From: Clostridia bacterium
GTDB taxonomy: Bacteria; Bacillota; Clostridia; UMGS1883
Reading direction: 5' to 3'
DNA length: 64,000 nt
Assembly (NCBI GenBank): GCA_051866635.1
Contig: JBJDXJ010000063.1
Location: 9,867 to 73,866, forward strand
The translations under genes and the position numbers were made by a program. Every line of letters starts with the position of its first letter. Within the stretch, counting starts at the first letter, position 1. The notes under the pieces were generated by a model. It was not told the origin of the DNA and searched no databases. It worked only from the letters and a program-made list of their open reading frames with translations. Shown here piece by piece: positions 58,057 through 64,000 of the stretch.

Positions 58057-59421
58057 ATGAAAAAAAAGTTTTTTGTACTGTTTTCGACTGTATTTATATC
58101 CTTACTTTTTTTGGGAATGTGGGTTTCTGCAGAAGGTTATATTTTCACATCAAAGGAAATTTTCCATGTACCCTATTCCTCGTCAATTAAAGTTGTAAAT
58201 GCTGATCACGGTGTTTATACAGCAGACAGTTTGGAGGAAATTGAATATCTTATTAATGCCGGCATTATAGATACATATGAAGAAGAAGGCTACTGTACCC
58301 TTTTCGACTATGAATTGTCGGACCCTTATTATGATAATCAGAAGGCTTACCTTTCCCGGATTTTTACCCAGTTTGCATGGAACAGAAATGTTTTCGGAAA
58401 AGATGTAAAAATTGCAATTATTGATTCGGGGCTTTATGAGGCAGCATCTGACTTTAATACAAAAAATATCATCCGTGCATATGACTACACATCTACTTCT
58501 GAAAACTCAGGTGTTTATTACTGTATGGACGAAAACGGTCACGGCAGTATGGTTGCAGGCATTATCGCCGCAGGACACAACACCCGTGGCATTGCGGGGA
58601 TTGCACCAAATTCTTCACTTTATATTTTCAAGTGCTTTGACAAAGACAGACGCACAAAAAACAGCTATCTTATTGACGCTGTTTACAGGGCAGTTGACGA
58701 ATATGATGTTGATATAATAAATATGAGCTTTGGCGGAACAAATTCCACAGTTTTTAAAGAAGCAATAGACTATGCTGAAAGTAAAGGCGTTTTACTTGTA
58801 GCCGCCGCAGGAAATGACGGGAACCTTAGTTCAAATGTATACTACCCTGCATCATATGACAACGTGATTTCTGTGGGCAGTTTAGGTGAAGACGGTCACA
58901 GGGCAAGCCATTCACAGCGTAATGACTATGTAAATGTATTAGCCCCGGGTGAAAAAATTTATTCCGTAACAATCGGCGGATATGAATCGGGGAACGGTAC
59001 AAGCTTTGCAACACCTATTGTATCGGCTTCTGCGGCGTTGGCGTTAAGTTTAAACCCCAATTTGACAAATAAAGATTTGCAAAGTATGATTTATCAGACT
59101 GCAGATGAAATGGAGGACAGATATTCAGGTTTCGGTTCACTTAATATACAGGCACTTTTAACGTATGTGAAAGCCACAGACTCGGAGGATTTAATCTATT
59201 CATCAAACGGAAGTACGGTATATTTTTCTTATATCCCTCCACAAGGCTACAGAGGATATTTCACAACATATAACGATAAAATGTTGTCAAGTGTATTTAC
59301 AGTTGATGAAGGCGTATTTATCAAGGGCGATACAAAATATTTAAATTCATTCAAACTTTTAGTCTGGGACAAAAATACACTGTCCCCCTATAAAAACACA
59401 ATAACCAAAACAGAATATTAA
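58057..59421 (+). CDS. S8-family subtilisin-like serine peptidase (secreted)
   Basis: Signal peptide. Asp (IAIIDSGL), His (HGSMVAGIIAAGH) and Ser (GTSFATPIVSASAAL) catalytic triad motifs. Start moved to MKKKFFVL to remove the overlap with the upstream gene. Confidence 0.85.
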   Translation: MKKKFFVLFSTVFISLLFLGMWVSAEGYIFTSKEIFHVPYSSSIKVVNADHGVYTADSLEEIEYLINAGIIDTYEEEGYCTLFDYELSDPYYDNQKAYLSRIFTQFAWNRNVFGKDVKIAIIDSGLYEAASDFNTKNIIRAYDYTSTSENSGVYYCMDENGHGSMVAGIIAAGHNTRGIAGIAPNSSLYIFKCFDKDRRTKNSYLIDAVYRAVDEYDVDIINMSFGGTNSTVFKEAIDYAESKGVLLVAAAGNDGNLSSNVYYPASYDNVISVGSLGEDGHRASHSQRNDYVNVLAPGEKIYSVTIGGYESGNGTSFATPIVSASAALALSLNPNLTNKDLQSMIYQTADEMEDRYSGFGSLNIQALLTYVKATDSEDLIYSSNGSTVYFSYIPPQGYRGYFTTYNDKMLSSVFTVDEGVFIKGDTKYLNSFKLLVWDKNTLSPYKNTITKTEY

Positions 59422-59431
59422 AGGAGAAGTT

Positions 59432-59698
59432 ATGGAACGCAGTTTAATTTTTTTCATTATTATAGTAGCCCTTTGCTACTTTGAAACACTTCTTTCAAAC
59501 CGTGACAACAAATACTTAGGTTGGATTTTGCCCATTCTTACATTTGTTTTCACAGTTGTCATGGGAATAATGTGGGCAGATTCATTTTCAATTGCAAAAT
59601 TTATTACAACACTTATTTTCACAAACATCCCCACCTACATATTAATTATTCTTTACCGTGTGGGAAGGGGTCGTCACTACAAAAATTCAATAAAGTAA
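59432..59698 (+). CDS. Small membrane protein (2-3 TM), unknown function
   Basis: 88 aa, hydrophobic helices, GGAG RBS, directly follows the peptidase gene. Confidence 0.5.
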   Translation: MERSLIFFIIIVALCYFETLLSNRDNKYLGWILPILTFVFTVVMGIMWADSFSIAKFITTLIFTNIPTYILIILYRVGRGRHYKNSIK

Positions 59699-59707
59699 TC
59701 TAAAAAA

Positions 59708-59746
59708 CTAAAGGTTGGGCATCGCCCAACCTTTAGTTTTTTGATC
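59708..59746. terminator. Bidirectional rho-independent terminator
   Basis: CTAAAGGTTGGGC-ATC-GCCCAACCTTTAG perfect 13-bp stem flanked by A-run and T-run, between convergent genes. Confidence 0.8.
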
Positions 59747-59751
59747 AATGG

Positions 59752-62700
59752 TTATTCACAAGTAACTTCACCCAAGCCTGTAACAAATGCCTTGACCTTG
59801 GCACTGTCCCCCACATTGTCAAATACTATTGTTTTGTAAAGTCCCTTTGCAATGCGTGTGGCTTCTGTTGTAACAGTGCCTTCTTCTTCCATTATGAGAA
59901 CAAGGTCCACATATTCTTTATCTGTGTTAAGCACAGTTATTTCCGCCTTGCCATCCTTCTTTTCAAAGTTAATTACAATAGGACCTTGGGGGATAAATAC
60001 CGCATCTGCCAGAACTGCATCACAAAAATCATTACTTTGTCCGTTAGCATTTACAGTGATTGTCATTTCCTTTGCATCGGAAACATCAATTGCCACGCTC
60101 TCACTTCCGCTACGCATGCTCACATCAGCCTTTTTATACACAACTTCGCCATCAAGAGAAATTGTCACAGTAGAAGACGCCTGGAACATATTTCTGTCAA
60201 ATCTTCCGCCCATGCTTCTGAAGTCAAAATCGTTCTTTCCTATTACTGCATTGAAAACGTGGTTTGTCATGTCGGACACATCATACGTAACACTACCGTT
60301 TTTAAGCGTTATGCCCTTTTCGTATTTAACAGCGGGTGCCCAGTAATCATTACCACGCATGTTAATCAAATTACCGTTAAAATCGCTGTCCTTTGCAATT
60401 TGGGCAGTTTTATCTTTCCACTCCATGTCGGAAAGGTACTTATTGTCAGGTGCAAAGTAAATCCTGTAATCACCTATAATGGCTTTTTTATCGTCCTGAT
60501 TGACCACGCCTGTATCGGATGTAACTTTAACCGAGGTGTTTGTTCTGTAAACATAACGGTAAAATCCCGGAGTAAATGCCTTATACCTTTCGTTATCAAT
60601 ATCAACAGTGTGCACACCCGAAAAATCTACATCATAATCTTCATTAGTAGCAATATAAAAGCTATAGCCGTATTCGTTATCGGTAAGCTTATATTCGTAA
60701 TTGTCACTAACGCCTGCAATATAACCACCTATTCTGAAATATGCCTTATCTTCCTTCTTTATATCTTCATCATGGTCGGCATCATATATGGCATAGGGGG
60801 AATAATTATGTACCTGCACCTGCAATGGTGTGTCACAGGCAGATGTAAAGAGAATGTTTTTATCACCCTTCGTTAAAACTAAGGTATATGCAATACGGTT
60901 TCCGTTTTCCTGAGGGATTGCATAATTATCTGTTAATTCATCTACCGAGGCTAGGTAAACATTTAATTCTGCCACATTTCTTCTGTCGGGGTAAACACTG
61001 TGTTTACTTCCCAGCCATTTTACATTATCATAGTCACCTACGCCACGGAAACCAACAAATGTGGGCTTTTCAGCATTGTCGCTGAATACAGACTGCATTG
61101 AAACTGACAAGTTGCCGCCTTCTGTCATGTAGTAGGCTATATTAAGCCATCCTTCCGTAACGGTGCTTGAAAGTTCGATGTAAAGCACATCGTTTTCAAC
61201 CTTCATGCTCTTATGTATCCAGTCCTCCATGCTGTACTGTCCGTTTTCCATTTCCGAAATAGTTTCTTCACGAAGAACGGTGGGATACATGGCTTCCTCT
61301 AATCTTTCACCTTTTTCATCGGAAATACTTAAAATTTTCCCCTCAAAGTCAACTTCAGCCTTAACATTTTTAGAAGTCCATGTAACACTGCTTTCACCAA
61401 CTACAGGTGTAACTTTATTTTGCTCTGTAACCTTTTTAGGTTCAGCCTTTGGAAGAAGGGCATCACCCATCAGACAGCATTTCATCTCATATGCTTCAGG
61501 GTGCGGTTCACGTGTTGACGTAAATAATCCTGTTAAGCACTTGTAGTAGCTGTTGGGTTCATCGCCAAAGTCACCGCCGTATGCCAAAAACTCATAGGAC
61601 TTATCTTCATTAACAGTGACATTATCAAAAGAAACAGAAGAAATACAGCTGTCCTCCCCACTCTTTTCAATAAATTCATCAATGGTAAGGATTTTATCGT
61701 AAATCTTCACATATTCAATGGCAACAGCACCGTTGCCTTCCCCTACCGTATAACCGCCCTTTAACTGAACATTACATTCCATGTTTGCCTTAAAGCTTCT
61801 GGAGGTAAAAAGCTGCATTTCACCGTCTGCGTACACTGCCGCAACCATGCCTTCGCCGCCGTCTGCATCAATGCTTTTACCGCCTGCCGTAAGGCGTATT
61901 CTGTAGTCTATTGTTTCAAGCCTTATACTCTTATCATCAGTTTCAAAAATTACTCTGTCACGGTTTGCGTTTGAAATATATGAAAGGACAGTGAATTCAT
62001 CCATGGGCTTTACTTCTCTTTTATATGTACCCTTGCCTAACATATCAACGCCTTTATAGTTAGTTATTTCTCCGTCAATCTGCACATTTTCACCTGTAAC
62101 ATCATCTTTCACTGTGAACACATATGCGTTTTTTGTGTAGTAAAGCTCTTTATCGGCAAATTCGTCAACAAAACCGCCTACGTTGCCCTCTCCTAATGTT
62201 TTCACCCAATCCTTCATACCACCTGTGTTTCCGAACACTTTAAAATCAGGTGCAAAGTTAACTTCCTGTGCCACAGGGCGTTTGTCCAGGGATTTCACTT
62301 CTTCAATAAGCTGTTCACTGTTGCCGTCGCCGCTTCCCACTGACCACATAATAACGGATTTATAAGAATGATTTTCAATCATTTGTTTTATTCGCTTTTT
62401 TGCAGTTTCCATATCACGGTCTGCATAGGAAAGATTTACGTTTGCCTCATCAATTACATAAAGCCCTAATTTCTCTGCTTTTTGATAAAAGTATAGGGGT
62501 GCACAGCTTGTCCATACGGCATTGAAACCGTATTCCATTATAAGCTGTAAATCCTTATCTATCTGTTCATTTGTTATTACATTACCCGTCATAGGATGTG
62601 TGGGCGTGTACTTAACACCTTTTAAAACAACCTCTTTACCGTCAATAATAAGGCAGTTTTCCTTTATCGTAACATCAACATTTGCTCTTCTTTGTGAAAT

Positions 62701-63270
62701 TGAGTTTGTTACGGTAACACTGCCCATAATGCCTGAAAGAGCAAAATCGTCTGTCTTGTTTATACCACTCTTATTCCTTTTAACAACACAGACAATTGTG
62801 TTTTTTTTAAAGTTTGACGGCATACTGAATAGCACCGCACCCATGGCACCGTTCTTGCTCTCCCCGGCTTTTTTGCCGTCAACGTAAACTGTCAATTCGT
62901 CAGCTACGTTCTCAAATTTCAGCATAAAGCTTTCGCCCACAACGTGCGGAAGTTCTATCTTATAAACCCCTGCACTTCTGACACCGTCGTCCTCTGCCAT
63001 ACCCCATTGGCCTGCAGTTTCATAATAATAGCCCGGGGTTCCGTAGCCCTGAAGTTCCATTGCACCGGGCACCTGTATTTTATCCTCAAAAACAATCTTT
63101 GTTACGTCCTCAGGCACGTCATTAGCATCTGCGTAGTACTTAAAGTCCCACTGCCCGTCAAGCACAAGGTCATAAGGCTGTTGTGCATGCACTATGGGCA
63201 TAACGCAAAGGATCATCACCAATGCCACAACCAAACTCAAAGCTTTTTTCATTTTGTCTCTCCCTTTCAA
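59752..63270 (-). CDS. Secreted glycoside hydrolase family 2 protein (beta-galactosidase/mannosidase-like) with extra beta-sandwich domains
   Basis: Signal peptide. GH2 sugar-binding and TIM-barrel signatures (KGVKYTPTHPMTGNV...EYGFNAVWTS...SVIMWSVGSGDGNS). 1172 aa. Confidence 0.7.
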   Translation of the reverse strand: MKGRDKMKKALSLVVALVMILCVMPIVHAQQPYDLVLDGQWDFKYYADANDVPEDVTKIVFEDKIQVPGAMELQGYGTPGYYYETAGQWGMAEDDGVRSAGVYKIELPHVVGESFMLKFENVADELTVYVDGKKAGESKNGAMGAVLFSMPSNFKKNTIVCVVKRNKSGINKTDDFALSGIMGSVTVTNSISQRRANVDVTIKENCLIIDGKEVVLKGVKYTPTHPMTGNVITNEQIDKDLQLIMEYGFNAVWTSCAPLYFYQKAEKLGLYVIDEANVNLSYADRDMETAKKRIKQMIENHSYKSVIMWSVGSGDGNSEQLIEEVKSLDKRPVAQEVNFAPDFKVFGNTGGMKDWVKTLGEGNVGGFVDEFADKELYYTKNAYVFTVKDDVTGENVQIDGEITNYKGVDMLGKGTYKREVKPMDEFTVLSYISNANRDRVIFETDDKSIRLETIDYRIRLTAGGKSIDADGGEGMVAAVYADGEMQLFTSRSFKANMECNVQLKGGYTVGEGNGAVAIEYVKIYDKILTIDEFIEKSGEDSCISSVSFDNVTVNEDKSYEFLAYGGDFGDEPNSYYKCLTGLFTSTREPHPEAYEMKCCLMGDALLPKAEPKKVTEQNKVTPVVGESSVTWTSKNVKAEVDFEGKILSISDEKGERLEEAMYPTVLREETISEMENGQYSMEDWIHKSMKVENDVLYIELSSTVTEGWLNIAYYMTEGGNLSVSMQSVFSDNAEKPTFVGFRGVGDYDNVKWLGSKHSVYPDRRNVAELNVYLASVDELTDNYAIPQENGNRIAYTLVLTKGDKNILFTSACDTPLQVQVHNYSPYAIYDADHDEDIKKEDKAYFRIGGYIAGVSDNYEYKLTDNEYGYSFYIATNEDYDVDFSGVHTVDIDNERYKAFTPGFYRYVYRTNTSVKVTSDTGVVNQDDKKAIIGDYRIYFAPDNKYLSDMEWKDKTAQIAKDSDFNGNLINMRGNDYWAPAVKYEKGITLKNGSVTYDVSDMTNHVFNAVIGKNDFDFRSMGGRFDRNMFQASSTVTISLDGEVVYKKADVSMRSGSESVAIDVSDAKEMTITVNANGQSNDFCDAVLADAVFIPQGPIVINFEKKDGKAEITVLNTDKEYVDLVLIMEEEGTVTTEATRIAKGLYKTIVFDNVGDSAKVKAFVTGLGEVTCE

Positions 63271-63275
63271 GCTTA

Positions 63276-64000
63276 TTATTTATTCAGATAATACTTTATC
63301 AATTCTTTTGCAATAGGAGCACAGCTACTGCCTGTTTTACCTGTGTATTCCTGCATAACACAAATTGCAATAGAAGGGTCCTCAACAGGAGCATAGCAAA
63401 CAAACCACGCATGCTCCTTGCCTTCCTTTTCGTTTTCCGCAGTGCCTGTCTTGCCTGCAACGGTTACAGAGTCTATCTTGCAGCTTTTGCCTGTACCTGT
63501 ATTTACACATTCAATCATATAACTTTCAATTTCATCTGCAATCTGTTTTGACACCGCTGTTTTCCACACAGCACTTTTATGCTCGTAAGATTTAGTGTTT
63601 CCGCTGTTATATGCCGCCTTTTCAACAATATAAGGCTCCATTATAATACCGTCATTGGCAATAGCTGATGCAACAAGAGCCATATTAAGTGGCGTTACAA
63701 GAAGTTTTCCCTGACCTATACCGCAGGCTGCAATGTCCGTGTCACTCATTTTTTCGGGATAGCTGAATAATGATTTGGAAGTAGCAGTGTCAAAAGGTAT
63801 TTTTTCACCTATGCCAAATCTTGATGCCATCTTTTTCAGATTATTCTCACCAACCATTAAACCATACTTTGCAAACATTACGTTACTTGACTTTGCAAAG
63901 CCTGTTTTTGTGTCAATAAGACCGTATTTGTTAGAATCGTAGTTTTTAAATTCGTAACCGTCTATAACAAGGCTTCCTGTGTCCTCAACATCTTCTGCAC
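63276..64000 (-). CDS. Penicillin-binding protein, transpeptidase domain (C-terminal part; gene continues beyond window end)
   Basis: KTGTAE (KTG triad) and upstream in-frame SSN-like motif. Open reading frame continues to position 64000 without a stop. Confidence 0.75.
   Translation of the reverse strand, partial: AEDVEDTGSLVIDGYEFKNYDSNKYGLIDTKTGFAKSSNVMFAKYGLMVGENNLKKMASRFGIGEKIPFDTATSKSLFSYPEKMSDTDIAACGIGQGKLLVTPLNMALVASAIANDGIIMEPYIVEKAAYNSGNTKSYEHKSAVWKTAVSKQIADEIESYMIECVNTGTGKSCKIDSVTVAGKTGTAENEKEGKEHAWFVCYAPVEDPSIAICVMQEYTGKTGSSCAPIAKELIKYYLNK

Overview
The window is a low-GC Firmicutes (Clostridia-like) chromosomal segment, densely coded and mostly on the minus strand.

Core housekeeping genes:
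- msrA, a two-component system, a SigV/RsiV-like ECF sigma/anti-sigma pair, uppP, pepD, tlyA, dxs, a tRNA-Leu, coaD
- groES-groEL with a CIRCE operator
- the UPF0210/ACT pair, rlmB, lysC-hom-ACT, an S8 peptidase and a PBP fragment

Cell-surface and carbohydrate genes:
- several S-layer-homology (SLH) anchored proteins, including a 1387-aa vWA/M64-like metallopeptidase protein and two tandem paralogues that share a near-identical SLH tail
- two GH43 hydrolases and one GH2 hydrolase
- a MarR-controlled alcohol dehydrogenase / aldehyde dehydrogenase / Ntn-amidase operon

Non-coding elements:
- a yybP-ykoY Mn2+ riboswitch with a consensus sigma-A promoter upstream of mntP
- three copies of a ~155-bp hairpin-rich intergenic repeat with terminal inverted repeats
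- a consensus-promoter tRNA-Leu whose canonical fold gives an unusual AAG anticodon

Most notable candidate system (about 38.8-46.8 kb): a co-oriented, translationally coupled accessory island of zinc-ribbon-headed proteins between mntP and a Ser/Thr kinase.
- an SPFH/band-7 protein with three C-terminal zinc ribbons, followed by a small membrane protein and a lipoprotein
- a zinc-ribbon/TPR protein with a conserved Cys-rich C-terminal module
- a paralogous zinc-ribbon/TPR protein carrying a TIR domain and C-terminal transmembrane helices
- a lipoprotein, an orphan SecD-head-like ORF and a small 4xCxxC protein

I propose this island as an undescribed membrane-associated TIR (NADase-like) system, possibly antiphage or stress-related. 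I do not recognise it as any named defence system.

Also flagged: a P-type ATPase homologue that has lost the DKTGT, TGES and GDGxND catalytic motifs.
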